A DNA stretch of 64,000 nucleotides. Origin: Octopus sinensis (Eukaryota). The stretch is taken from positions 55,180,001 through 55,244,000 of the forward strand of contig NC_042998.1 of the NCBI RefSeq assembly GCF_006345805.1. Direction: 5' to 3'. Below the pieces are notes generated by a model. The model did no database searches, was not told where the DNA came from, and saw only the letters and a program-made list of their open reading frames with translations. Each line of letters begins with the position of its first letter. The first letter of the stretch is position 1. Shown here one piece after another: positions 1 to 11,649 of this stretch. Both the position numbers and the translations under genes were made by a program.

Positions 1-3000
1 GTTTTATTTCTTGTATACAGCTACGATCCTGAGATAATTATCAGTATCATGCGATGTTTACATCCCATTTTCAAATCTTACCTGTTTGAGCATAAATTCA
101 TCTTGTTGCTGTTTCTTTTCTCGTCATAAATAATTTCGCAAATTATACTAGAAAGAATTAACACCAACAATCAATGAATGAAAAGAAGGACAAAACTGGC
201 AGGTACTGCTTAACAGCAGACTAAACGCATTACAGTATTTAGTTTTGTTCCTGTGTATTCTGAATTGAAATCCTACCCTAATTGACTTTGCTTTTCAGGT
301 ATCTAAGGATACTGTTAAAACAGACAATGGTGTTAAAGAGAGGGATCAGATCAATCAACTGCTGCCCTTACACCCATCAAAATAGCCACTTCTCTTCATA
401 AAAGAAATTTAGTACCATGTCAGAGTTAAAAATTTTCTGTGATTGTGTGTAATACTATTAAAACAAGCTCTCTCTTATTACCTTACGGCAAGATTTTTAA
501 GTTGGCTCCTTAAAAGTGCGCATTTTTAAGTCGGCTCCTGCACAGGGCTAACTGGACCTAAAACTAAAGAGAGCTAAATAGCATGACTCTAATACGTCTA
601 TAATGACTGACTATACCCCGGTGGTATTTGATCAGAGGCTAAGGACGGATGAGAATTAATCCTGTAGTGCAATCATTCTATTGCTCCAGTCCCAAGTTGA
701 ATTCCAGCTGTTGGCCAATTTGCCCCTAAGTTCATAGCTCGACGTAAAATTTACGAAGCGAATGTCATTTATTTCCTCCTTGTTCTCTGACGTTATCTGA
801 GAAACGTTAACCAAGATGGTGTGAATCAGTTAAGTTTTACCTGCTAGAAATAGCAACCTAAATGCTTTTGAGTCAGATCGTAATGCTGGATGTTCAAGAA
901 CCAAATGAAGGACAGCTTTTCAAAACCCGGATCATCCTGATTCCAAAATGGTATAATATGTCTATGTAGAAGAAATGTAGACTCAGATACAGTAGTCCCG
1001 GACAGACAGAATTTCGCGTTTATTAATATAGAAGTAATTTTCGTAAATTCGAAGGAAATGATATGCTTCTAACATTACTACCAACCAACAATTACATTAG
1101 AGCAAGGATCTTAAGTGCGGAACGAAATTCGATTAGTGGGTGGCAAACCCAGTTCTTCAGGTAAGATGATCAAAGTGTTTTCACTGCCCCTCGAAAGTCT
1201 TAGCGGGTGCGCTGGCATTCCCTATTCCAGAGCCTATTGGAAGGATTGCAATAGATTTAATTCACCGAGTACTAAGCATATTTTATTTCATCGACCTCGG
1301 AGACAGGAAATGCAAAGTTGGCTCTTAAGGAAATCCTAATTTAATTGTATTAAAAATACATATTGGTGAACCAAGTTTCCCTTAAACCCTAATATTAATT
1401 AGTTTTGAAACAATGCATTTGTGGATAGTTAAAAGTGGTTTTACTGTTGCTGAGAACGATTCTAAATCAGAGTCGAAACTTATATACGACTGTTCCTTTC
1501 TCTGTTTACAAGCATAATTATAAAGATACGTTGTTTACATTTGTCGCAATAAAGTGTTGGCTAACACATGTAGACATATGTTCGAGAGTACATTATATAA
1601 AAATGAAGAGGAACGTGACTAAATATTCTCATCATATTATTCAGTCAGTCGATCTACCATCATAAAAATATATAAGAAGGAAATGAGGGATTGTAAACGG
1701 GGCAAAATGAGTAATTTCTGATTTCTTGTAATTCCTTTTTTGTATAATTGAAACCAATACATTGCAAATACTGCATCGTCATTTTGTATTGTTGCATCAT
1801 CTTTGGGAATAAAAATTGGTCAGCATAGTTGTTGGAGATGAGAAAGTTTGAAACATATTCAAATGACAGGTCCTTTTATTTTCGAGAATTTTTTCGTCCA
1901 GTTTGACGCGATTATAATTGAGATAGCTATCTGGATAATCTTTGGTGTTTAACGATTAATATTCTTTTCGCTGTTGGATTTTAAGTCAATTTCTTTCACA
2001 CTAAAATCTATTTTGATCATTTTTAATCTTTAAAAAAATGTCTAAATTGGAATAAAATGAGTAATGATTAATTTCAATAATTTCCTTTCTTTAACTGCAT
2101 GGTGTGTAAATATATCATGAAGAGAGCCACTCCAGCAGATCGTGAAGTAGATTTAGTCCAGTTTCATTAATTTCATATCATATGCCATTTTTCTATGATC
2201 TTCCTGATGTCTTAGGACGGATAATGATGTGCATGAGTCTTTTTTTCAAATATAATTCTGGAGAATTGAAAGGGCAAATTTATCTATCTTTTTTTTACTC
2301 ATTCTGCCCCAACTAAATTTGTCTTTTATATGCTCAAAGAGAACGGTGATAATTTTCTGAAAATGTTTTCTGAATATTTTATAATGCTTTTAATGCGTTT
2401 AGAGAAGATCATTTGCTTCGCTGATATAGTTTTTGCAAGGTAGTGAACATTTGTAAAAGGTATATTTTTTCTTTAAATGAAAAAAATTCAGTAAATCTTA
2501 TTAATTCTGCTCCTTCTCCTATAGAAGATTGTTGTATAACGATCTTTGTTACATAATTATGAAATCAGGGATTCTTTCTATTACTGTAAGCAATCCAAAT
2601 GTGGAGAAAAGAAACTGCTCTTAAATTGCCATGATTATATATTTTTATTGTATATGTAATTTAATCATATAAAGAAAATTATTGAAACCTGCTATTAAGG
2701 GATTTAGTGGTGATATGCAAAAAAAAAGTGCTGTTTCACCAAGATTATTAATTCATTCTTTGTTCTTTCCTTATATATGCACTTAGTGTATTTATCATCG
2801 TCAACATGGCTGCTGTATGAGCAAATGGACTGTACATCTGTGCTTTATCTTGTAAACGAACAATCTTAACCCTGTTGATCCGTGTATACAATCAAATTTA
2901 ACAAAGGCAGCAATACGCCCGAGCCTCACGTCCAATCAGAATGGTGTAATAAAACTCACCACACCGCAAAGTTTTTAACACCATTACACCCACTTAATAA

Positions 3001-3841
3001 ACAGTAGGTTTCGTATATTTTTCCCGCCCTTGTACACACATAGGTCTTCATAATAATCATCGTTATTTGCTCTCATACACGCCTCTGCTTGTTGAAAATT
3101 CTTCACAGCAAAGTTATGTAAACAGAAGACGAGAAGTTTCGAAATTAGTTTAAAGAATCCAGCCCTTAACCTATGCCATCCACTCATACTCTTTGACATC
3201 GTTCCCTTTTAAGAACCAAGTTCTTAACCCAAACTACCCGCACACACTTTAGCATTACTCACCCTTCAATACTTTTCAGAAAGCACGTTGAGACCATCTG
3301 TGCAGTGAGAAGAAGAAGAAGAAGAAGAAAAAAGAAATTCAAGAAAAAAGAAAAAAAATCAATGAAAGATAAAGGAAGAAGAGCGCGCCAGTTAAAGAGA
3401 TATTGAGTGTACGTCAACCTTCTCAAAATAGTTCAAGTTTGAGGTTACTTATATTACAGAGAGCACTTTTTCATCTTTAGACACATGTTGTTTACCTGTG
3501 TAGCACTGTTGTTATGACAGTGATATTACTGATGGTGTTGAGGATTGTAATGAAAGCACTGGTAGTAATATTGGTGGTGGTGGTGTAATGGAGGTGTACA
3601 TAGTGGTGGAAGAAGTGGTGGATAGAATGCAAGATAATGAAGATGACGGCGATGGAAGTGATAACATTGAGAGTAACTGATGATCGTGGTAGTTATAGTG
3701 GTAGTATGGGCTAGCGTGGAAGTGGTAGTTTTGAGGTGGGGGTGTTTATTCATCGTCATCACTATTGCAGTGGTATATATAATATTCCCTCCTTTTCTTA
3801 GCGACAGAGGTAGTATTAATAATGAGAGGTAATATTTATCT

Positions 3842-4342
3842 CCACTGAAACGTGGATGTTCTGTTAGAACAAACTATACTGCGGTAGAGACCCCGAGAGA
3901 AACTCTCACATTGACTTTTGGTGCAAAATACACTCATATTTATATCGCTTGCAGGCAGACAAATCCCTGCCACCTCCAGCTCCGAGACTACCAGATCATG
4001 TGATTTCGATCCTTCGCTATTAATACTACCCCATCTTGCTAATAACAAGCTCACCTGCTCACTGTGACACCAGCGCCTGTTCTGGCACGATTATTCTAAT
4101 TATCGCTGGCGGGGAGATGAATCATTGCTATCTCTAACGGTCGAGCGTCTATCATTGAGAAGACCAAGGAAGGTCGAAATCATGTGCTCTGATGGTCTCG
4201 GCGCTGGAGGCTGCGGGGATTTATCTCCCCACTAGCAATATGAACAAGAATGGATTTTATGTCAAAATCCAATATGAGAGTTTCTCTCGTGGTAACTACC
4301 GCAGTATAGTTTGTTCTAAGAAACCATCCAGGTTTAAGTGGG
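3842..4342. repeat. Diverged inverted repeat (arms 3842-4015 and ~4169-4342, spacer ~153 bp)
   Basis: Reverse complement of arm 1 aligns to arm 2 at ~79% (about 35 substitutions and 1 gap in 174 nt by manual count). ORF-track peptides 3836..4054(-) and 4192..4377(+) are visibly homologous (ESFSRGxYRSIVCS). Confidence 0.85.
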
Positions 4343-4361
4343 GATTGATATCACCCCTAAA

Positions 4362-4585
4362 AAATATTATTTTCTAATATTGGCACAAGGTCTGAAATTT
4401 CGGGGATGGAGGCTAGTCAGTTATATTCGACCCCTGTGCTTAACTGGCATTTATTTTATCGGCTCCCCAAAAGATGAAAGGTAAAGCAGACCGCGGTAGG
4501 ATTTGAACTCAAAACTAAGATCCGGAAGAAATGCCGCTAAGCATTTAGTGTGACGTGCTAACGGTTCTGCTAGCTCACCGCTCTT
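4362..4585 (-). mobile_element. tRNA-derived SINE family A (OR-like), tail type 2
   Basis: Reverse complement of the gagctggcagaa..gttagcacg..aaatgcttagcggc..gagttcaaat..gcctttcatc body found many times in the window; ends in the cttgtgcc..agaaa..tatt tail. Confidence 0.75.
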
Positions 4586-4639
4586 GTGGTATAATTAATA
4601 TTGGGCCAATGTTGTTTAGTATAGTCTCTACACTTGTAC

Positions 4640-4905
<266 letters not shown>

Positions 4906-5233
4906 ATCCGTTATTAGCGACGCAAGCAGTTTAATTCAGAATATTATTTTGTAAATTTTAATGAAATTGGATATGCTGAACAAATCCACAACATTGTGGT
5001 ATTCGTCTTAAGAAAATATTTCTTACAGACTTAATGTCCTAAAAGGCACAGAAGTATATCAGTAGTAGACGAAAAACCTCCACAGCATTGTTGGACTTTC
5101 TAAATCCAGATTTCAGCGTCTCTACGGGTCGTCTCTAGCAAGTATCCACAATACACCTTATACTTCATGCTCAGACAAATTTCGTCTCGACTGATACAGA
5201 AAAAGATCATATGTATGGTTGTATGTATGTATG

Positions 5234-5338
5234 TTGTTATTCAGTTTACTTCGAGATTTCATGCCAACAGGGAAAGAATCGGTTTCTAACCTAGATCTAA
5301 GGTTCCTTCATTGGAATTTCAACATCAACAACATGGTT
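5234..5338. repeat. ~105-bp element embedded in (TATG)n, copy 1
   Basis: ttattcagttt..tctaacctagatctaagg..cattggaatttcaacatcaacaaca; homologous to 5401-5503 and 41309-41410; flanked by TATG repeats. Confidence 0.85.
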
Positions 5339-5400
5339 ATTTTGTATGTATGTATGTATGTATGTATGTATGTATGTATGTATGTATGTATGTATGTATG

Positions 5401-5503
5401 TTATTATTCAGTTTATTTCAAGATTTTTTGCCAATAGAGAAAAAACCGGTCTCTAACCTAAAGCTAAAGTTCTTTCATTGGAATTTCAACTGCAGCAACA
5501 GGG
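5401..5503. repeat. ~105-bp element embedded in (TATG)n, copy 2
   Basis: Tandem homolog of 5234-5338, with TATG tracts on both sides. Confidence 0.85.
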
Positions 5504-6054
5504 TATGTATGTATGTATGTATGTATGTATGTATGTATGTATGTATGTAGTATGTATGTATGTGTGTGTGCATGTGTGTGTGTGTGTTTATTTGTGAATC
5601 GGTGTTCATACACTCCACACACACACACACATACTCGTACACAAACATACATACAAGACATTGTACCGAATGAATTTAATGATAAAGTGAAATTAAAAAG
5701 TTATGTTAGAATACCGGTACTTGAATGAAGATTATCTGTCGTCTAGTGTCACAACTATAATTAAAATAATTTCATACATATATTTTTATTAAGATAGACT
5801 GACAGGCCTTTCCTGTAGCAAAGATCAAACTCTTTTCTCAGTATGCAAATTAATTCGAAAAGTTAATTAATTTCTTGAAATTATCACCCTCTTTCTCCTT
5901 GGGAGTCTCTAACAATTGGTTTTAATTTGATGTCTCTTACTGAGAAGAAAAAGCTAAGATATACTTAATATATTGCATACGAAGTTCAGAACACACTCTT
6001 TAATTAATTCAATTATCTAAAATCAAGTTTTTAAGTTATTTCTCTATGGTCTTC

Positions 6055-6121
6055 ACATACATACATACATACATACACACATACATACATACATACATAC
6101 ATACATACATACATACATACA

Positions 6122-6150
<29 letters not shown>
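6055..6150. repeat. (TACA)n microsatellite
   Basis: Seen directly. Confidence 0.95.
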
Positions 6151-6152
<2 letters not shown>

Positions 6153-6519
6153 GTGTGTGAAAAGGGGGAAAATTATAAGCCAGACTAGTAACAGCTCAGT
6201 GGTTGTACACCGTTACTGATACTCACCTTCTGAATAACTGGAGATCGAGTGCACTTAATAAGGCTTCTTGGTTGGGACGCTTCAAGAGAGTTGTGTTATT
6301 TCTACATAGTGTATGTCCAGCGAAACAAAAAGGAAAAAGAAAGGAAAGAAGAAAGGAAAATGAAAAAGAATTAAGCTACGAAATTCTTACATTCTCTCCA
6401 TTTCATGTGATTCCGACCGCCTCGTTATTATAACGTAAGACGAATAATGATATTGTGCTCAGATAACTTTATGAACGTAGGAAACATTGCAACAATTCCA
6501 AACCGAAGTGGAAAATGGC

Positions 6520-6681
6520 GAACTGTAACTTCCATCACCTACGATGATGAAGCCCGTTGTATATATGTGTGTATTTGTGTTTGCCCCCTTCACCGCATGA
6601 CAACCGGTGTTGGTGTGTTTACGTCCCCGTAACTTAGTAGTTCGGCACAAGAGACCGATAGAATAAATGCCAGGCTAAAAA

Positions 6682-6738
<57 letters not shown>

Positions 6739-6830
6739 GTACTGGGGGCGATTTATTCGACTAAAAATTCTCGAAGGAGGTGTTCCAGCATGGCCGCAGT
6801 CTATTGACTGAAACAAGTAAAATATAAAAG
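6520..6830 (+). mobile_element. SINE family B, 3' half
   Basis: ggtgtgtttacgtccccgtaacttag..cggcacaagagaccgatagaata..ccagcatggccgcagtc..tgactgaaacaagtaaa matches the full copy at 43241-43650; contains an internal (AAT)n expansion. Confidence 0.8.
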
Positions 6831-6932
6831 GTAAAAATATACACCAACATTTGGAAAGTCACTGCTGCTAACTCAAATACCGGACTATCCAAAATGGCAG
6901 ATTATATGTAAAAACACATTTCTTTGGCTATA

Positions 6933-6968
6933 CTTCCGAAGATAGGCCTTTGCAGCCGAAATATAAAG
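6933..6968 (+). ncRNA. Degenerate minimal hammerhead-like motif (PLE type)
   Basis: ctt-CCGAAGA-ta-ggc[ctttgca]gcc-GAAATATA-aag: core has one substitution (U4 to C), 3-bp stem II, 3-bp stem I, palindromic ATAT at stem III. Confidence 0.4.
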
Positions 6969-7019
6969 GTTTTAAAAACTTTCTGTATTGCTAAAAGCTT
7001 TCATTATTTCTTATTTCAG

Positions 7020-7650
7020 TCATTTTTCTAATGCTCTGTTACTTCGGATAGAAGATAACACCAAAAAAGGATCACCTATCGACAGCTTCCGCTATAGGAC
7101 AAAGTACGATATTAATTTTAAGCCAAATCGTCATTACAGTTAAGCATTTAATCAACTCCAACTTGGCTTTTCCAGCAGTAACGGACAATTTGATCATTTT
7201 AAAAACCGAAGCTCTCTACATGAAATATCAAATTGCTTGACAGAAGTTGATGAAGTGATACGAAAGCTGAATCATTTTTCTAATGCTCTGTTACTTCGGA
7301 TAGAAGATAACACCAAAAAAAAAAGGCTCTTCTATCGACAGCTTCTGCTATAGGACAAAGTACGATATTAATTTTAAGCCAAATCGTCATTAAAGTGAAA
7401 CATTCAATCAAATCCAACTTGGTTTTTCCCGCAGTAACGGAAAATTTGATCATTTTAAAAACTGAAGCTTTCTACATGAAATATGAAATTGCTTGACAGA
7501 AGTTGATGAAGTGATATGAAACCTGAACCAAAATTAACTAAATTTGCTAAAATAATAGGTTTTCTATTTTTAAAACAAATATTTAATGGTGATGAGACCG
7601 GTCTGTTCAAGATGAAAATGGCAAAGAAAAATTCTATATGAAGAAGAGAA
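7020..7650 (+). pseudogene. pogo/Tigger-like transposase relic with ~250-bp internal tandem duplication
   Basis: Translates to ..NALLLRIEDNTKK.., ..GFSSSNGQFDHFKNR.. (cf. FxASxGWxxRFKxR) and QIFNGDETGLFKM (pogo IFNxDETGL motif, ~7576-7614). Units 7020-7271 and 7272-~7522. Confidence 0.75.
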
Positions 7651-7771
7651 AAACGGTTAGTGAATTCAACGAATTTAATCACATTCATATTATGCTATAA
7701 TGTATAAGAAGAATGCTTTCAGACCGTTAGTTTGTGGGCATAGTGACAAACGCAAACAACGGCAATTCTTA

Positions 7772-8235
7772 CCATAAAAGGGAATATTTTTCTTTGCAGT
7801 AACTGCAGTGAATTTGCCTTTAGAATTTAAAATATGTCACGAACATATATTACCTAACCCAGAGTTCGCTTATGCCTAAAAGCTGTTTGGCATTGATACA
7901 GCTGGTTTTCTCTAAACCTAGCGGTCTAGTAGAGCGATTCAGTCAAGATTGCTGACTATGTTTTAGTTAAAGTTACGGTTTTGAATCTGCCCAGAGTTAT
8001 CTCTATTCGGTATTTCCCATTGAAGAAGGCTAAAGAGCTTCGTCTGGTAACCGCCAAGGGGCAACACTTGGTAGATATGGTGATTTTACACCTTTTTATC
8101 ATAAGAGAGAATTTTGTTCTCCACGGCAAATGCAGTGAATTTGTCTTCAGAAGCTGAAATATGTCACAACCATATTTTAATTAACCTAAAGTTCGCTTAT
8201 GCCTAATCGTTGCTTGGCGCTGACACTGCTGAATA
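7772..8235 (+). repeat. Direct repeat pair of an unclassified interspersed repeat (7772-7905, 8099-8235); third copy ~21670-21800
   Basis: Shared tgcagtgaattt..aaatatgtcac..ttaacc.a.agttcgcttatgccta..ttggc..tga.ac.gctg. Confidence 0.7.
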
Positions 8236-8444
8236 TATGTATGCGTATATATATATGCATTTGGGGAGAGAGAGAGAGATTAAAGAAAATTAAAACAGAG
8301 TAGAGGTAGGGAGAACTGTCCAATTAATTTGGTATTAATAAACTTGAAGTCTTTATTAATATTTATTAAAAAAATATAAATAAAATAATGTACAAATAGA
8401 AAGTGGAGTAAATAAAGAAATTGATAGTAATGCTTCAAATTTTT

Positions 8445-8825
8445 GCACAAGGCCAGCTATTTAAGGAGGAGGTAATTAGTTGATTACATCGACTCCAGTA
8501 CTCAACTGGTACTTATTTTATCCACCCCAAAAGGATGAAAGGCAAAGTCGACATCGGTGGGATTTTCACTCAGAACATAGAGAGCCGAAGAAAATGCTGC
8601 AATGCTTTTTGTCCGGCGTATTAACGATTCTGCCATTTTACAATCTTGACAATACTGACAGTCTTTTCTACAGTTGGCGCAAAAGCCTGAAATTTTGGGG
8701 GTGGAGGCTAATCTATTACATCCACCCGAGAGCTCGACAGGTACTTATTTTATTGACCCCGAAAGGATGAAAAGTAAATATCAACCTAGGCGGAATTGGA
8801 ACATAAAGACAGACGAAATACTTTT
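8445..8825 (-). mobile_element. Two adjacent SINE family A copies
   Basis: Reverse-complement family A bodies (aaggatgaaaggcaaagtcgac..cggcggaatt..). Confidence 0.8.
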
Positions 8826-8833
8826 ATAATAAC

Positions 8834-8877
<44 letters not shown>

Positions 8878-8884
8878 TAATAAT

Positions 8885-9385
8885 GGAAGTGTCATCATGT
8901 ACATTGTTTTGTCTTGGTATAAAAGATGGGCTACAGCAAATATTCTGCTCAATACCACAGATTTGCTTGTCAGTTGTTTGACCTTAACCAGTTGAGCATG
9001 TCTTTTAGTGGCTGGAGTTATGTGCATCTCTGATCACAAGCAGAAGTAGTGGGGGAGCATCATAGCCATGTGTTGAGAGGGATTCTTTGGGGTTTGAAAA
9101 ATTCACCTCTGGAAAAATGGGTGTTTCGTTCAACATCATTAAACAATCCTTATTCAGGGACCTTTTGAGTGGGATGGGTTACTCGACCTGAAGAACATTC
9201 TAACTGAGCCCCACCTGCAAGGTCATGCACTGTTTACCTTGATATGAGATCACCATGTCGCGCACATATGGTTGTGATGCATGTACCTAGTGTACCCTTA
9301 TCAGACGGGTAGTCATGATGGGTATACTGGGCTTCGTATATTTTACCCCAGTGTCACTTTGATGGCATGCACTGCTCTCTCACTC
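8885..9385 (+). mobile_element. ~500-bp non-coding element embedded in (TAA)n (family Y)
   Basis: Flanked by TAA tracts on both sides and ends gcactgctctctcactc+(AAT)n. Homologous copies at 9502-9697 and 23520-23854. Confidence 0.85.
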
Positions 9386-9421
9386 AATGATAATAATAAT
9401 AATAATAATAATAATAATTAT

Positions 9422-9490
<69 letters not shown>

Positions 9491-9500
9491 AAGAAGGAGA
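9386..9500. repeat. (TAA)n followed by (GAA)n microsatellite
   Basis: Seen directly. Confidence 0.95.
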
Positions 9501-9501
9501 A

Positions 9502-9697
9502 GAAGAAAATTCTAACTGGGCCCCACCTGCAAGGTCATGCGCTGTTTATCTTGATATGAGATCACCATGTCGCGCACGTATGGTTGTGATGCATATGCCT
9601 GGTGTACCCTTATCAGACGGGTAGTCATGATGGGTATATTGGGCTTCGTATATTTTACCCCAGTGTCACTTTGATGGCATGCACTGCTCTCTCACTC
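9502..9697 (+). mobile_element. Family Y, 5'-truncated tandem copy
   Basis: Near-identical to 9190-9385; followed by a long (AAT)n tract. Confidence 0.85.
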
Positions 9698-9701
9698 AAT
9701 G

Positions 9702-9738
<37 letters not shown>

Positions 9739-9739
9739 C

Positions 9740-9798
<59 letters not shown>

Positions 9799-10326
9799 TA
9801 ATAATAACTGAAGTAAAAATTTAATGCGAGCAAAGTAAACGAGACTGGAAAAGGAATCGTGTATTAACGAAGCAAAGAACGAAGGTGACGTTCAAGGGCA
9901 GTACGCTGTCAACTTCTTAGAGAAAGAAGTTTTGGATTAGAGGTAAATTGAAATTGGAATGATAATTATACATGTTAAAATTAGTTATATGCAAGAATTT
10001 GCGAGTTATTTATTGAGCTACTTAAGGATTTACTAACCAGGGAAAGAATGACAACTGAAATTATGACGCTAAGCTGTGTGAGAGAGAATTTGGTTGGTAA
10101 ATAAAAAATAAAATAAAATAAAAAATCAGAGAGAATTTGGTTGGTAGTAGTGGGAGGTGTGTTTAAAGAGCTGGATGATTTCAAAGGTGGGGATAGGGCA
10201 GTGAAACATAAAATAGGTTTTATATTGAAATGGAAAATAGTTTAAATGGAGTTATTGGCTATTAAATTCAGCACATACTTTTTGTTGAGAAAAATTTGGG
10301 GATTAGAATTTTTAAGAACTTTAGCA

Positions 10327-10500
10327 CAGGCAGATGTGGCTGTGTGGTAAGAAGTTTACTTCCCAACCACATGGTTCCGTGTTCAGTCCCACTGCAGGAC
10401 ACCTTGGGCAAGTGACTTCTACTATAACCTCGGGTCTACCAAAGCTTTGTGAATGAATTTGGCAGACGGAAACCGAAATAAGCTAGTCGTATATATATAT
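10327..10500 (+). mobile_element. SINE family B, tRNA-like 5' half
   Basis: ggcagatgtggctgtgtggtaagaag..ccacatggttccgtgttcagtcccactgc (A-box/B-box-like head)..gacggaaac.gaa. Confidence 0.8.
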
Positions 10501-11129
10501 GTAATGGACTAGTTTCCTTGTTACAAAATTAGTGATTGTGTAACACTGTATTTTCTATATATTGCAAGCGAGGTTAAATTACTGCTATTCCTGGTAAATG
10601 AGTACCCACCAATGGCGTAGCCAGGGCAAATGGCGCCTAGGGCAAAGCCAAAATTTGTGACCCCCACGATAAGGGTTGACATGTCTGTGGAAAATTCACC
10701 CACGGATACGTTAATTCATCTTAGAAACCAACGGAGATCCACATATTTGAAGACTTACTAGTAAGTGGAATTGTGGGATGAAGTTGAGCGAGAGAAAAGT
10801 TGGTCGATTGTCGGTGGTGAGCTTATAGATATGAGTACTGAAATCGTATAAAGAAAATTGGAAATACTAGCACAAAATGTGAATTAAAAGGTATTAAATT
10901 ATTGGCATTCATTTGTTTCGAGCTTTGGAATGCAACCATGCTACGAACCTCCTCGAAGGGTTCAGTTGAACAAATTGACCTCGATATATTTTTATTTTTT
11001 ATTTTTCATTTTTTAAAGTTTGGTATTTATATCAACCTCTCTGGCCGAACTGCTATATTACAACAACATAAACAAACCAACACCAGTTGTTAAGCAATAT
11101 CAGATCGGGGACAAGCACAAAGCACGCAC

Positions 11130-11131
11130 CC

Positions 11132-11191
<60 letters not shown>

Positions 11192-11226
11192 ATATATACT
11201 TGTATGTATGTATTCATAATTCATAT

Positions 11227-11269
<43 letters not shown>

Positions 11270-11297
11270 CTTGTATGTACGTATTCATAATTCATAT

Positions 11298-11350
<53 letters not shown>
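11130..11350. repeat. (TA)n tract with duplicated ~40-bp unique insert
   Basis: tacttgtatgta(t/c)gtattcataattcatatttgaat occurs twice (~11197 and ~11267). Confidence 0.85.
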
Positions 11351-11353
<3 letters not shown>

Positions 11354-11592
11354 TACTTATTCTATCGGTTTCTTTTGCTGACACACCAACACCATGCGGT
11401 GGTGGAAAAAGACACAAAGACACACACACATACATATGACGGGCTTCTTTCAGTTTCTATCTGTCAAATCCACTCACAAAGCTTTGGTCGGCCCGAAGCT
11501 ATAGTAAAAGGCAATAGCCCAAAGTGCCGCGCAGTGGGACCGAATGTGAAACCATGTGGTTGAAAAGCAAGCTTCTTACCACAAAGCCACAC

Positions 11593-11596
<4 letters not shown>
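11350..11596 (-). mobile_element. SINE family B copy
   Basis: Reverse complement of the family B head and body. Confidence 0.8.
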
Positions 11597-11636
<40 letters not shown>

Positions 11637-11649
11637 ATATAAATATATA

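Noticed and set aside
1700-2460. Coding-like AT-rich stretch, possibly a decayed DNA transposase on the minus strand
   Set aside because: Many stops in all frames and no diagnostic motif that could be named with confidence.
2925-3030. CCAAT (ccaatcagaa) and GC-box-like (ccgccc) motifs suggesting a promoter
   Set aside because: Short motifs expected by chance; no downstream exon or gene identified.
9850-10300. Possible decayed LINE ORF2 fragment on the minus strand
   Set aside because: Composition resembles 31020-31900 but no clear motif was recovered.
10327-10395. tRNA-like sequences at SINE heads (also 43241, 58619 and others)
   Set aside because: tRNA-derived SINE heads continuing into SINE bodies; no complete cloverleaf, so not called as tRNA genes.
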